A stretch of 64,000 nucleotides of DNA from Eledone cirrhosa (Eukaryota): the NCBI GenBank assembly GCA_964016885.1, contig OZ024745.1:49228001-49292000 (forward strand). The letters run 5' to 3'. A program made the translations under genes and the position numbers. Shown one piece after another: positions 1 through 14,189 of this stretch. The stretch's first letter is position 1, and each line of letters starts with the position of its first letter. A model generated the notes under the pieces. That model saw only the letters and a program-made list of their open reading frames with translations, had not been told where the DNA came from and ran no database searches.

Positions 1-391
1 GGTGGAAGTGTTTCCATGGAAACGAGCATATTTTATGAATTTTATTAGCAAACCCTTCTTTCATAAATCCTTACTTTAAATCAAATACAAGTTTATAATA
101 AGCTAGTTGATGTATAGGGATGTCTGTCTTCAAAGAAGCTAGATTGTTTCCTGGTTTTATGCTCTTGAAAATGAGGTTTATTATCTATTGATAGTACATT
201 TTCCTACTAACTGGTTTTCATATTCCATCTTGTGAGTTTTATTTATAGTGATGACGATTACTACTTCCTATATTTTGTCTGAGTTGGCATTAGAATCCGG
301 ATGATATCAAATGATAGTGTTGAGCAGAAGCACTTTGCGCTGCTATATATATATATATATATATGAGTATCTAACTCTGCCTTTTATTTGT

Positions 392-450
<59 letters not shown>

Positions 451-474
451 TGTATGTATGTGTATGTATGTATT

Positions 475-586
<112 letters not shown>

Positions 587-1829
587 ACTGCCCTCTGTAG
601 ATGATGCTACAGACAGGCTAATGGTGTCGGAGAAGGCTATATGGCTGTTTATAAACTGGAAGAATGTGATAGGACAGCTGGAAGAAAAATGTTGTATTGT
701 TGCGTTCATAAAACCAGAAAAGGAATTTTATAGTGATAACCTTTCCTGAACCGTAGGACAATTTATACGTTTGTGGCTTTAGTTTAAGTCTAACCTAGAA
801 ATATACGAAACAAAAAAATAGAAAGAAGAGGAATAAGATAAATTATCTAGACCATCACTGAACAAACAGTTTCCTTTTAATAAGAAGTTAGACACATTAA
901 ACATATTTATGATTGCCACGGTCTGGTGTTGTCTATCAGCTCGTCTAGAAGGAAACATTGAAATGAAGTTATTATTCATTTTTTTTTTCTTGTGAAAAAA
1001 TGTATATATCTTAATCAAAACACTATATATAGTCTAGAGATGCCAGAACTGTGTCTACGGATATTCAGTCTTAAAATATGGTGCTATATATCATTATGCA
1101 AGTAGTTGCAAAGAAATCGTACATTAGTCAGATCAACGATCAGCAACTACTTTTTCGCTTTGATTGCTGCTCGCATGTATATTATATCATATCTCACATA
1201 TAAACATTTGACAAGGTCTGAGGCCCACAGAGATCGCATTAATGTCCCACCTGTGGGCTACTGTCCAAGGTTAGACCTTGAGTCAGATAAAATCAGTAGA
1301 GAATCAATCTTTAAAACTTATAATAATCCTTGTTTCTTGAGTAGATGTAAGCAGGAGGGAGGTGTGGGTTTGACCTACTGGACCTTTTCTTTTGAAATTT
1401 TCGGGTCTGTAATCCTCGTGAAAATTCTCGTTTCATACTACGATATGTAAGCGATTATAAAATGACATGTATTTGTCCCCTCCCCCACCCACCACCTCCC
1501 ATTTTTTATTAATATAATTTTTCGATCTTTTTCTGAAACGTGATTATTTTTTTCAAACGAGTATCCTCTTTTTAGCCTATATTTTCAATATATTGTCAAC
1601 AAAGTCAGAGTTATTTCTGAGATATAGATTTTCGGCTCATATATACAGATCACTCTTTCGGGAAAATATAAAAAAAAACCTTCGCAGGAATTTATAAAAT
1701 TTAACCCCCCCCCCCCCCCCACTCCCCACACATTTTAACCGTTGTTTTTGTTAGTCTTCTTTAGTTACCATACACGTCTGCTATTGACTGAAATGAAAGG
1801 AGAATTATTTATCAAATTATGAGACTGGA

Positions 1830-3086
1830 CGAGGGTCGGCTGAAAGGTTCACAGGCTGACCAAGATACTCTCATGGAAAGTGACCAAATGAGGTTTATTT
1901 TTCAACATAGTCCCCCCCCCCCCCTTGTGGTCTACACACTTCTTCCATCGGTGTTGCAGTACTTGGATCCCATTGGTGAAGAAGCTTTCATCATGTTGGT
2001 AAAAAAAGTAATCAACAGCAGATATGACGTCATCATCATTGCGATAGTATTTTTCTCATGTTGGAGAATAGATGATAGTGAGATGGGGCCAAATCAGGAG
2101 AAAAGGGAAGGGGTGATCAACCACAGTCGCGCACAGCAGACATTGAAACCAAGGATTTGTGTGCTGGAGCATTGTCCTGATGAAACAAGACCCCTTTCGT
2201 CAGTTTTCCTGGGCGTTTGGTCTTGATAGCCTTTCATAAGTGCCTCAGCAAATTGGCATCGTAATGGTGATGGTGTGGCCCTTTTGAAGATAGTCAATAA
2301 ACTCAATGCCTTTTGCATCCCCCAAAACTGAGGCCATCACCTTCCTTACAGATGAAACGACCTTGGCCGTCTATGGAGAAGGTGAAGAGGGATGTTTCCA
2401 CTGCATGAATTATCTCTTTGTCTCTGGCTCAAACTGATGAACCCAACACTCATCCTGGATTATGAACCATTCAAGAAAACCAGTTGGATCTGCCTCAAAC
2501 AATGTCAGATTTTCCAGTGATATGCTCAGCCTGGTACAACTTTGATCATGTGTTGGAAGATGTGGCAACCACCGAGCAGAAACTTTCACCATGCCAAGTT
2601 CATTGTGCAAAATATTCTCAACTCTCCCACAGGATATGCTAATAGCATTGGTTATTTGATTTATATCAATCGCCTGTCATCCAGCACCATGTGGTGAACA
2701 TGATCAATGTTTTCCTTGATGGTGGCAGTTGCAGGGCGTCCTTGGGTTTTCTTCAAGACTCTCCCTTCCCCTCCTAAATTTAGCTGCCCACTTTTTCACT
2801 GTTGATAAAGCTGGAGAGTCATCTCCTAATGTAACGACTATGTCAGCATGAATATCCTTGGGGGCTAAGCCCCTTTTCTGCAGGTATTTGATGCCAAATT
2901 TTGTCCACTTTCAAGAAAAGCAGCTACTAGTACTTTTAAAGCTATCTTTGAACAGTCATATGTCAGTTTACCCGGAAGAAACAATTCAGTTATTAATAAG
3001 AAGAGCTGCAATTAATGTATGCAAGACTTCCCGGCTTTAGCATCACTCCTTCATAGTCAGCCTATGAACTATTCAGCCCATCCTCA
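1830..3086 (-). mobile_element. Degenerate mariner (Tc1/mariner) DNA transposon, ~1.26 kb
   Basis: ~31-bp imperfect TIRs: cgagggtcggctgaaaggttcacaggctgac (1830-1860) and gtcagcctatgaactattcagcccatcctca+TA (3056-3088). Minus-strand remnant LGMVKVSARWLPHLPT..FIIQDECWVHQFEPETKR matches the mariner WVPHEL and TGDEKW motifs. The reading frame is broken. Confidence 0.88.
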
Positions 3087-3986
3087 TATATAAGATAATA
3101 TGCCCCCCTCCCCCACCCAAGTGAGTTTATAAGCGAAATTTAAAAGTAGAAAAGTGAAATATTTGATCGTATAAAGATAATGGTTTAGGCATGGACCGGA
3201 AAACTACTTTTTGGTTGTGTTGGATTGGAAAGGTTGTCTTGTTGGCCAAGGCGAATAAATGAAGCCATGATTAAACAAGTCAGTAGAATCAACTTGGATT
3301 TTAATTATTTTAATATTTTCCATTATAAATATAGAATAAAAGAAATGTTTTTCACCAGTGATATAAAGAATAACTAAAAGACCCTACATTTCATAATACT
3401 ATAACAACATCTAATTATATTAATAAAAGTATTTCTTTTGTTATGTCACAACAGGATCAGAAATTCAAAATAGTGTAATGCATGCAAACGAATCAGAACA
3501 ATACTATAGTTATAACAACACTAACCGAGTAACATTATGGGATAAAAGGAGTAATAAATAAATAACAGTCACAATTGTTGTTTTTTAAAATTATTTAAGA
3601 CAAATGTTTAGTATGGCAATGTCACAAAGGAAACATTGTCTTAGTTTGGTATTAGTTTGGATAAACTTATTGTTTTATGCACTGAAAAATATAATTGTGG
3701 GTGACAGCAAAACACAATGAGTTTAGAGGATTTTGTAGCCTAGGCAGGAAAGGAAACGCAATAAATGACTCTTGCCTAAGATACCACGCAGTTGGATCGA
3801 ACCGTGTCGTAATGATTGCGAAGCGAACTTTTTAACCAATCAGCCATGCTGCGTCTACTTATAAATCTACCTCCGCCTCATATAACAAAATTAAATATTC
3901 TATATGTATCTGAAGATTTGGTGCAAATAGTTGTCAGTAATTTGGTGGAAGGGGAAATCGATTATACCAACCCAAGTACTTGATTG

Positions 3987-4181
3987 CATACCTGCCAACC
4001 TATAAAAACCCAAACGGAGAGTACCATGAAAAAAAGTGCTCCAAAATGGGGAGAAATGAGGCAAAACGGGGAGTTTTTACATAATGAAAGCTATACCAAT
4101 TTTCACAAGAGAAGTCATTTCTTACCCACTCCAAAGTGGGTGGGAAATCTCCCCGTCGGACGGAGAGGGTTGACAGGTCTG
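3987..4181. mobile_element. ~195-bp MITE (hAT-like termini), copy 1, nested in a SINE
   Basis: Termini catacctgccaac...gttgacaggtctg with a tgattg duplication on both sides. Homologous copies at 35370-35764 and 40319-40515. Confidence 0.75.
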
Positions 4182-4336
4182 TGATTGGTACTTTATTTTA
4201 TTGAACACCTGAAAGGATGAAAAGTTGACTTCGGCGGGATTTGAGTTCAGAACGCCAAGAGCCAGAACAAATACTGCTAAACGCTTGTGAAAACGCTCGA
4301 ACGACTCTGCTAGTCCACTGCCATTACAGCTTGATA

Positions 4337-4452
4337 ATAATTGTTTCTACTTTTGGCACAAGGCCAGCAATTATCCCAGTGCATTACTGGTACTTTATTT
4401 TATCGACTCCATAAGGATGAAAGGCAAAGTTAACCTCGGCGGGATTTGAACT
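4337..4452 (-). mobile_element. tRNA-derived SINE copy (abundant local family)
   Basis: Reverse complement of the 27585-27765 consensus (ttgtttctacttttggcacaaggccagcaatt...aaggatgaaaggcaaagttaacctcggcgggatttgaac). Confidence 0.8.
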
Positions 4453-5169
4453 TGTAATTTTATCTACTGTATATAGCGGTGGTACTACAATTGTAGACGA
4501 AAAGAAAGATATATTTGTGTCAAAGAAAGACGAAGAAATATAAATATAAAAAGAGTGAAGAAGAGAAAAATATTTTGAATCTGTTTCCTATGAACTGAAT
4601 AGTTGAACATATTCGATAAACAAGGAAGTTGAAAGTTCAAAACGTCTTCTGTTCTAATAGTTCAAAATATTACAGAACTGTGTACACACAGATCACACCA
4701 ACACACATACACACGTATAAGTTGTATTTTTAGCTGTATGCTATTTCAAAGAAAAGTATCCTTATGTACTTTTAATTACACTAGCCTTATAGCTATATAT
4801 ATAACATTATTATATATTTTATCACGAGTCTTTTCATATTCAGAAAGTCCATTTAATGCCAAACATTTAAAGGAAAATTTTCTTATAAATTGTTGATTTG
4901 TAAAGTCTTTAAATTTGACATTTAGACTCTGGTAATTAACATCTTTTTATGTTATTTTGACTTGATCGGCAGCCATTTTAGTAAAAGTGGAAATGAAATT
5001 TTAGTTTTAAAACACAAGATTCTGTTTCCCAATTAACTATTTATTTTGAGAGAAGCATCAACGCTGTTTGTCTATAAAAAATAGTGTAATAATTTGGGCA
5101 TATAAACTACGAAAACAGAAAATATTTGTACAGCACCACCCGTGTAACTGAAACCCATATCTACAATAA

Positions 5170-5372
5170 ACTCTTTCGCCGTGCTTACCGATTACATAAA
5201 GCGTCACTGACAGAAGCTGTCCATTGATCCCATACTCCGACCGAGCGTTCTTCAATAGGTCCCGTGGAACGCAGTCATATGCCTTGTCGAGGTATATGAA
5301 ACAAGAATACACCCCTTGGCAATACTCCCACGACTTCTCTAGAGGCAGGGCATTAAAGATATATGAGATCAC
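5170..5372 (-). pseudogene. Fragment of RTE-type non-LTR retrotransposon reverse transcriptase
   Basis: EKSWEYCQGVYSCFIYLDKAYDCVPRDLL..EYGINGQLL resembles the FIDLEKAYDRVPR RT motif. Short and truncated. Confidence 0.7.
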
Positions 5373-5518
5373 TACTCCATAAAAACAAAACTAAGCAGGA
5401 ATGCAAACAGGTATAATTAATCCGGCTCGAGAATTTTGTAAAAGAAAGAGTGAAAGTTTCTATGTTGACAAGAAGGGATTATCTCATATCTGTGTGTGTG
5501 TATATCTCTCTCGCTCTA

Positions 5519-5563
<45 letters not shown>

Positions 5564-5600
5564 ATATATATATATGTATGTATATATATATATATGTATG

Positions 5601-5634
<34 letters not shown>

Positions 5635-5661
5635 CATGCATACATACATTTATGTATGCAT

Positions 5662-5750
<89 letters not shown>

Positions 5751-6579
5751 AAGGACCTCCACCAGTTCTGACGACAAATGTTCCAGTTGTTCGAACAACA
5801 GAACTACTTGATCGTGAAGTTAGCAATCAATTTGCTTGGCATTTCATAGACACGTGTACTCTTAACGTAGTTCTTTGGAAGATTCAGCGTGACACTGTAT
5901 GTGACAAGGCTCAACCTTTCAGTTACAGGTCACCTCATTTTTACAAGCTGAGTGCTCTGGAGTAAAATGTCTTACTCAACGCATCGCCCGGAATCGAGCT
6001 CGTGGCCTTACGATCGAGCTCTAAACACCAAGATTTCAAATACCACTGAAATCAAATCAGAGTCGAGAAAAAACATACCATTCAAATACTGGGTTCGATG
6101 TAATCAACATTTTCCTCTCTCTAAATCGCTGGCCTTGTGTATAAATTCGAAACCGTTATTCTGCCATTTATATAGGGATGCCATTCAATAATACTCATCA
6201 GATTATAGTTTTCATTTTATGATTTCAGGCGAATTTTACTCCACCTTAAAGCAAACTATTACCCAAATGTATCAGATAATTTTGTATTATTATCATTCAC
6301 CCAGGGGGTCAGAGAGTTATCTAAACATGTAATCTAGTAAAGAAAATAATTTAAGAAGTGACGTTGATGAAGATCTGCTTTTATTACATCTGTTTAAATA
6401 GTGACAAGAACTGGGAGCGGTGATTTGAAAACACGGAAACAAAACCTGTTATGACACAGCCTATAACAATGTTACTGCCGCTGGTTATTAGTAACACACA
6501 CACACACACACACACACCACACACGCACACACATACTCGCGTGCACGTGCTTGTGTGTGTGTGGGGGGGGGGGAAGGCA

Positions 6580-6611
<32 letters not shown>

Positions 6612-6616
<5 letters not shown>

Positions 6617-6778
6617 TCATCATCATCAGCGTTTAAAGCCCATCTTCCACGCTAGCATGGGTTAGACAGTTTTGTTTCATTTGATGCGAGAATGGTCGAG
6701 AGGCCATGCCTCGCTCGCACGGAAGCGTCTCTGGCAGATGTTTTACAGCTGGATGCCCTTCCTAACACCAACCACATT
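6612..6778 (-). mobile_element. Second SINE-like/RTE-tail family with (CAT)n tail
   Basis: (cat)n..ccatcttccacgctagcatgggttagac..ggatgcccttcctaac. A second copy lies at 8118-8360. Confidence 0.6.
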
Positions 6779-6816
6779 TATATATATACACACATATATA
6801 TATATATATATATATA

Positions 6817-7341
6817 CACTGTCGGGTCTCGAATTAATCGTCCCTCCCCACGCTTAATTTTTCAGACATTCCCACCCACACTCGCGCTTAATAAATATTG
6901 CTAATCTATCTCCGGCAAAATTTGAAGTGGTAGCATTCCTGCGACAATTAATTTTCTTTATACATTAATTGTTTCTACTTTTGGCACAAGGCCAGCAATT
7001 ATTCCAGTATATTACTGGCACTTTATTTTATCGACCCCGTAAGGATGAAAGGTAAAGTTAACCTCGGCGGGATTTGAACTCAGATCGTAAAGGGACGTAA
7101 CTATGCTGGAAAGCATGTCCGACCCTCTACCGATACTGCCAATTCACATTAATAAACATTATTCATGACCAAAAAAGTACATTACTAAACATCCGGTATG
7201 TTATAAAATAAATAGGATTGGTTGGGGTCCCAATATGTAAACGAAACGACTAATACTGGTTTTTAAAATTAATCAACGGAAAAAAGTTTCCGACCCCCCG
7301 CGCTTATTTCACCCACCCCTATTATTTGGGATCCGAGAGTA
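6817..7341. mobile_element. MITE-like element carrying an internal SINE (6965-7145)
   Basis: Homologous to 28255-28580 (aatcgtcccc..ctaatctatc.ccgg..cctattatttggga). The SINE is bounded by an acattaat duplication. Confidence 0.6.
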
Positions 7342-7712
7342 TATATGTACGTAAAAAGTAAACAGAAATAACAAAGCAATATATGCAATGAATATATACA
7401 ATGAATATATAGAAATAGCTTCGATAGCAATGAATATATCGAAACGGCTTGAGCTCTGCCGTCGGGGTCATACTTTTTCCTGTATATATATATATATATA
7501 GCATGGCCTCAGCCAGATGGCTGGAACAGATAAAAGAATAAAAGAATATATATATATATATATTTATTAAAATAACAGATTAAAGTTTAAGCAAAGAATC
7601 GCTGCTTTCACCCTTAACGGGATCTTCTGAAACTATATATATATATTTTATGTGTGTGTATATATATTTCTCGCCCAAGCACAGCTGGACCAGAAATGTA
7701 AGTATGCATACG

Positions 7713-7787
<75 letters not shown>

Positions 7788-7903
7788 TCATACACACACA
7801 TATATATAAATACATACATATTTACGCACACACACATATTTACATATATATTTAAGAAAATACTATATATTTTCAACCGTTCAACATATTGACTGAGCGG
7901 TAT

Positions 7904-7946
7904 ACAGTCCTGATGAAAGCTAATGACCCAGAAACATATTGATTGT
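7904..7946 (+). ncRNA. Degenerate minimal hammerhead ribozyme
   Basis: acagtc-CTGATGA-14 nt-GAAA-catatt-gattgt. Stem I and the ggtat/tcc flanks match the other copies, but stems II and III are decayed. Confidence 0.55.
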
Positions 7947-8722
7947 TCCTCAAAGCTAAACAGGGAGCGATCGGTCACCGGCACAGCTTCGAATCGGGCT
8001 ATTTGTTTACAAACTAATCGAACATTATTATTAATGTTCGATATAACCCATACGTACATGTGTGTGTATATGTGTATATATATATATGTGTGTGTGTACG
8101 TACGTATGCATACTTACATCATCATCATCATTTAATGTCCATCTTCCACGCTAGCATGGGTTAGACGGGCTTGTCCCATTTGAGGCAAGTTTGGTCGGGT
8201 GACCGGGTCTCGTTTGTATAGGACTATTTCTGGCTGGTTTTATACGGCCGGATGCCCTTCCTAACGCCAACCACATTTACAGTGTGTGCTGGGTGCTTTT
8301 TGATTGTCTCCTACATGACCACTTTACAGTGTGTGCTGGATGTTTTGTGGTACCAATATAAATTTACAGAGTAAGGGTGGTTTGAGTGGAAATGGGAGGG
8401 AGGTGTAGGGAGTGTGGGTTGTGGGGGTGTAGGGTGTATATTGGATTAAGGGTGCCTACAAGACGGGTCTTCTGTATTACTGCATAGCGCCAAAGATCTC
8501 GTTTCTTTTAAATCTGCGCTGCGCAGATCCTCTGCATACAATGCCCTTATATATATATATATATAGAGAGAGAGATTTTGAGTTTATGTTGGTTGTATAC
8601 CAACACCTCAGTATGCAGGCTGGAGCACTCGACGAAGTGCGCAGGTTGGTTTGGTTACTCCGGAGTAATGTAAAATAAAGTTAAAGAAAAAGTCAAATGA
8701 TTAAAATTTAGCTTCGTTTATT

Positions 8723-8777
8723 ACTGCTATATATATTTCAGTGACAGCCATCTTTGGCTGTGACCTCTTCAGGCAGT
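8723..8777 (-). ncRNA. Minimal type I hammerhead ribozyme (solo)
   Basis: Minus strand reads actgc-CTGAAGA-ggtc acagcca aaga tggctgt cact-GAAA-tatata-TA-gcagt. Stems I and II pair and stem III is palindromic. Confidence 0.75.
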
Positions 8778-8895
8778 TTGAATTAGTGTGGTATAGACAA
8801 GTACATATGTTGTTGAGGTGTATAATATTGTCAATACTCTGATATGCCCAGTTCCTGGTTGGGTTGTTATTTCACTGAGGAACTGGAATCATAAA

Positions 8896-8926
<31 letters not shown>

Positions 8927-9826
8927 TTAAATCATTTGTAATTCCTTACAAATGTTTCAAGAAAGCTTTACATTACAAATTCGTATAATCAATATCAATA
9001 CATAAACAATGTTGTCCGACACTCTATTGATACTGCTAGTCCACCACCCTGTAATGGTTTCTGATTTAGGCACAATAATTTATCCTAATAATTTATCCTT
9101 ACGGAATTGACTTTGCTTTTCATCCTTACGGAGTTGTTTTATCGACTCCGTAAGGATCAAAGGCAAAGTCAACCTCGGCGGGATTGGAACTCAGATCGTA
9201 AAGGGGCGTAACTATATGCAGCAAAGCATGTTGTCCGATGTTCTACCGATTCTGCCAACCCACAGCCCTTCGCTTGATCTAATCTAAACTATAATAAAGG
9301 AAGGTCTGCGGGACTGCGCACGGTTTATTTTTTCATCCCGTTAGTAAAATAAGTTGGTTTACTTTGAATAAATAATGAATGAATATTACATAATTTATCT
9401 ACTAATTTCGTAAACAAAAATAATTTCGTAAAAATAAATAATTTAAAATTGACTTCTTTTCAAAGTTGCACTTCCGGTATATCGTTGCCACCACCACTTC
9501 AACTACCATATATATAGAAAGAGAGAGTGTGTGATGTCAACACTTCCGGTGGCGAACACTTAAATAAACATACTAATTTTCTGTCACTAATTTTCTCCTA
9601 ATGCTGTCTATATATAATATCGTCTTTTTTTAATGTATCATGGATTACGTTACTGATTACATAAGACAGTGTAACAACGTCTTCGTTCAATTTCTGTTTA
9701 TATTGTCTATTACGATTTTATTGGATGTATCATATCTACATGTATATATACTTGCGTATAATATCAATATACACACTACACATGCTAGCAGAAAACCACC
9801 CGAAGGCTGGTTTTTCTGCTAGTGAT

Positions 9827-10240
9827 AATAATTGTTTCTACTTTAGGCACAAGGCCAGCAATTACCCAGTGCATTACTGGTACTTTATTTTATCGACCCC
9901 GTAAGGATGAAAGGCAAAGTCAACCTCGGCTTGGCACAAGGCCAGCAATTACCCAGTACATTACTGGTACTTTATTTTATCGACCCCGTAAGGGTGAAAG
10001 GCAAAGTTAACCGTGGCGGGATTTTCTACTATAGGCAAGAGGGCAGCAATTTTGGGAGAGGGGTAAGTCGATTAAATCGACCCCAGTGCATTACTGGCGG
10101 TTTATTTTATCGATCTCGTAGGAATGAAAGGCTAAGCTAACCTCGATGGGATTTGAACTCAGATCGTAAAGGGACGTAACTATATGCCGCAAAACATGTT
10201 GTCCGATGCTCTACCGATTCTGCCAATCCACAGCCCATCG
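9827..10240 (-). mobile_element. Cluster of nested or duplicated tRNA-SINE copies
   Basis: Three partial copies of the local SINE consensus in tandem. Confidence 0.75.
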
Positions 10241-11886
10241 CCTGATCCAATAATAATAATAATGATAATAATAGGCACCGTACTAACCACATCCATGTAC
10301 TTACTCACTAGTATCCTGTGTAAGTGGAAGGCTTGTATTAGCAGTCGTTGGAAGGCTTGTACCTGATGAGTCGCCTTACTCGAGAAAAACTTGAATTTAA
10401 AACACACATACACACACATAAACGCACATACGCAAAATCACACACACTCACACTCACACACACACGCACAAGCACCCCCCCACACATACACACACTTTCT
10501 AAGTTTCATATGTTCAAACACACACACACATAGTAAGCAATGGATATACATATATTTAACCCTACCATAGCATTTTCAAACAAGATATCAAGGCTAAATA
10601 TGTCGACAAAATGAGTTATGAGATTATAGAGAGCAAACTCAACCCTCTTAAAACCATAGAAACATCACATATGTAATACATATGTTCACATACTACCATA
10701 AGAGAAGATCCAATTTCTATCCCTTGATTATTCATGGATGGAGCTACGTGACTAAATGCTAGCTTTCAAAGCAAAATACTGCGGTCTTCTCGGAGATCGA
10801 ACCAAGAGATTTAACCAATCGATGTTTGGTTGGACATTTAAAAATCTATGCCCTTGAGCGTTCTGGCATAAATCCCACACATGCATACACACATACAGTG
10901 GCGGACTGGGTCTAAAAATATTGGTTGTCAGGAGATGAAGGGGGCCCACCTACATATAGAATGCTATCATTTAATTTTTATAATGAATAAATAACATTTT
11001 CAAAAAATACATAAGTGGAAACAAAACAGTGCAATCAAATTTTTGCGGAAAAATATCTTACCTTCTCCAATATAAAAACATGTATTTTGCGAAATCCAGA
11101 GACTTTCAATAATGACCAGAAGTCGACCCTAAATATTACTAATAGCTCTAGGAAAACTATGAACGACACCATATCTTTGAAAGTAGGTTTATAATTATCA
11201 ATTTTCACCATGCTTTCGCAGTTGTCTCAGCGGCCCAGTTGGAGGAATCATAGACGGTGGTGATCCTGGACTAAAGTTCGATCCTGGTCGGGAGTAGGGT
11301 TCCCGGTAAACCTTTTCAGTTTTTTTTTCTATTGGTTGTAAAATAAAAACTGAAAAAGATTACAGGTACCTCTTGAGCAGGATAGAATGTTGTTATGGAT
11401 GGGCTGAGATTTAGGCTTATTAATGTTTTGTTGTGATGCGCCCTGATGTGTGTGTGGTTGTGATGTTGTTATGTGTTTGGGTTTTGTATTTGGTGCTACG
11501 GTGTATGTTGGTAGGTTATTTTCTTTAGAGATTCTTTTGTAGTTGATTTTATATGTGATTCATCATGTCTCACCCTCGTATCTTTTCCCCTCTCACTTAA
11601 TTTTGAATTTATTATTTTTATCTTTTATCTGTCATTTGTTACTATTTTTTTTCTACTCTAACCTTCTGGGATTTGACCACCACGTATATATGTATGTATT
11701 TGATGTTGCTTTTCATGTTAGTATTATATTTACACATACACTTACTCACTACCACCACTATTATCAGCAATCGCATTCTGTACTTATTTTTTTAACTTAT
11801 TTTTTACATCTGTACCATCTTCACTCTATCTTCTTTACCTCATTATCTTTTTGATTCTCTGTTGTATCTCTATATATACCAATGCC

Positions 11887-12452
11887 ATGTATTAGACACG
11901 GAACTCTGGATTAACACTATAGACGAGAGGGCCCAAATTCTCCACTCACACTACGCTAAACCCATGGCCTCCAAATACACGATACTCAAAAACTCAGCAA
12001 TGTCCAGTAGTGCTAAGTTTAATATTCTGATCGCAGACTTGGTACGAGTGATGAAGAACGTGTCCCGCATGTGCGACCCAACAGAAATGGAAAGACACAT
12101 CCAACACTTCATCAACCGCATGCAGTTCTCTGGCTACAACCAAAGAGACAGAGTCAGAGTATACGAAGGAGCCACGGAGAAGTATAAGTAAATATACAAT
12201 ACAACAGAAGGAACATAATAGCACCACTGACGATGTTGCAGATGTGCAACGAAAGAACTTTGTTAGACTATATATATGTGTTTATATCTATATTATATCT
12301 GTATTTTTGACCGTTGGTAAACATTGAGGACCAAATGAATTAACTGATATAAAAGATACAGAAGCGAAAACTAACCAAACAGTGAGTGTGTTCTGTTATT
12401 AATTCTGGCAATATTATTGCAACAATATCACCCTCCCCAAGTATAACAATAT
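11887..12452 (+). mobile_element. Penelope-like element remnant: RT thumb region, decayed hammerhead and 3' terminus abutting (TA)n
   Basis: LDTELWI..HSHYAKPMASKYTILKNSAMSSSAKFNILIADLVRVMKN..FINRMQFSGY resembles the PLE RT C-terminus. CTGACGA-tgttgcagatgtgcaac-GAAA at 12227-12254. Ends caccctccccaagtataacaat(at)n. Confidence 0.7.
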
Positions 12453-12969
12453 ATATATATATATATGTATAGTCCCGAAAACCTTGTTCAATCGACTGTT
12501 CTCCTCAGAAACACTAAACTGATTTTATTTATTAGAAATATATATACAGACTCAAGAAATAGGGTATACAGAAATAGATAAATGGGGGCGTGTAGTATGT
12601 CTGAATGGTTCCTGAAACTGGAGAGGGGGGGGGGATTATAGGGTGCGTCAAGGAGAATGATATTAAGAATACTAATAAAAAAAAAAAATGAAGATAAGAA
12701 TTAATCGTAAGGAAAAGGTGAAGGGGAAATTGATGTACTTAGAGGGATTTTCACTAAAGTGTAGTGGTGGTTTGATGGAGTTACGTGTGTGCGCTCGCAT
12801 GCGTCCCTTCCCATGTCGACCGTTCTAGGGCCATAAATGCTGTTTCAAGATTCGTTAATCTTTTATCAGTGACATTCACTTAACCGGTATTTAATGTCTC
12901 GTAAATTAGAGGTTCGACAAAAAGAGATAGATAAAAAATATGGCAGACTTGATATGACCCACTAAAAGA

Positions 12970-13038
<69 letters not shown>

Positions 13039-13326
13039 CAAATAACGAAACGAAATTAAATTTTGTTTCGTTTGTAACTCACTTTTGTATGACTGACGCT
13101 TAAACAATTAAGTTCAAAATGTACATCCACATATGTATACTGAAATACTAGTATGCATATGAATACACACACGTGTACATATGTAGATGTACCGAGTTTT
13201 TCACTGGACACTTTACTGTGAGTGTCCAGCTATTCTGTATGTAAACACACAGACAAACCGGTTTTTAGAGTCATACTGGATTTCGAGGAAACACCTTTCC
13301 TCTATTCTCCAGAAAGCCAGACAAGG

Positions 13327-13371
13327 AATATTGGACTAGTTTCGATGTTGTTACATCTCATCAGCAATATT
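13327..13371 (-). ncRNA. Minimal type I hammerhead ribozyme
   Basis: Reverse complement of 13870-13914. Confidence 0.9.
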
Positions 13372-13869
13372 TACCTATCTTCCGGCCTTTCTAGAGAATC
13401 GTAAAAGCACATATCGTTATATGCTTTTTCTATGAAAATTAGTAGTGGGCAGACTAATTTGCATAGAGCGTGAGTACGTACCGGTTCAGCGGAGACGATA
13501 AAAACAAATAACGAAACGAAATTAAATTTTGTTTCGTTTGTAACTCTGGAAACTCACAGTAAAGTGTCCAGTGAAAAACTCGGTACATCTACATATGTAC
13601 ACGTGTGTGTATTCATATGCATACTAGTATTTCAGTATACATATGTGGATGTACATTTTGAACTTAATTGTTTAAGCGTCAGTCATACAAAAGTGAGTTA
13701 CAAACGAAACAAAATTTAATTTCGTTTCGTTATTTGTTTTTATCGTCTCCGCTGAACCGGTACGTACTCACGCTCTATGCAAATTAGTCTGCCCACTACT
13801 AATTTTCATAGAAAAAGCATATAACGATATGTGCTTTTACGATTCTCTAGAAAGGCCGGAAGATAGGTA

Positions 13870-13914
13870 AATATTGCTGATGAGATGTAACAACATCGAA
13901 ACTAGTCCAATATT
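13870..13914 (+). ncRNA. Minimal type I hammerhead ribozyme
   Basis: aatattg-CTGATGA-gatgt aaca acatc-GAAA-ctag-TC-caatatt: 7-bp stem I, 5-bp stem II, palindromic stem III, GUC cleavage triplet. Confidence 0.92.
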
Positions 13915-14135
13915 CCTTGTCTGGCTTTCTGGAGAATAGAGGAAAGGTGTTTCCTCGAAAACCAGTATGACTCTAAAAACCGGTTTGTCTGTGTGTTTAC
14001 ATACAGAATAGCTGGACACTCACAGTAAAGTGTCCAGTGAAAAACTCGGTACATCTACATATGTACACGTGTGTGTATTCATATGCATACTAGTATTTCA
14101 GTATACATATGTGGATGTACATTTTGAACTTAATT

Positions 14136-14189
<54 letters not shown>

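Larger units (their letters stand above)
13032..14140. mobile_element. Head-to-head inverted partial tandem of a 466-bp non-coding hammerhead-bearing unit (retrozyme/PLE pLTR-like) in (TA)n
   Basis: Left arm 13032-13546 (ataaaaacaaata recurs after 466 bp). Right arm 13552-14140 is the reverse complement with the same period. (TA)n on both sides. Confidence 0.88.
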
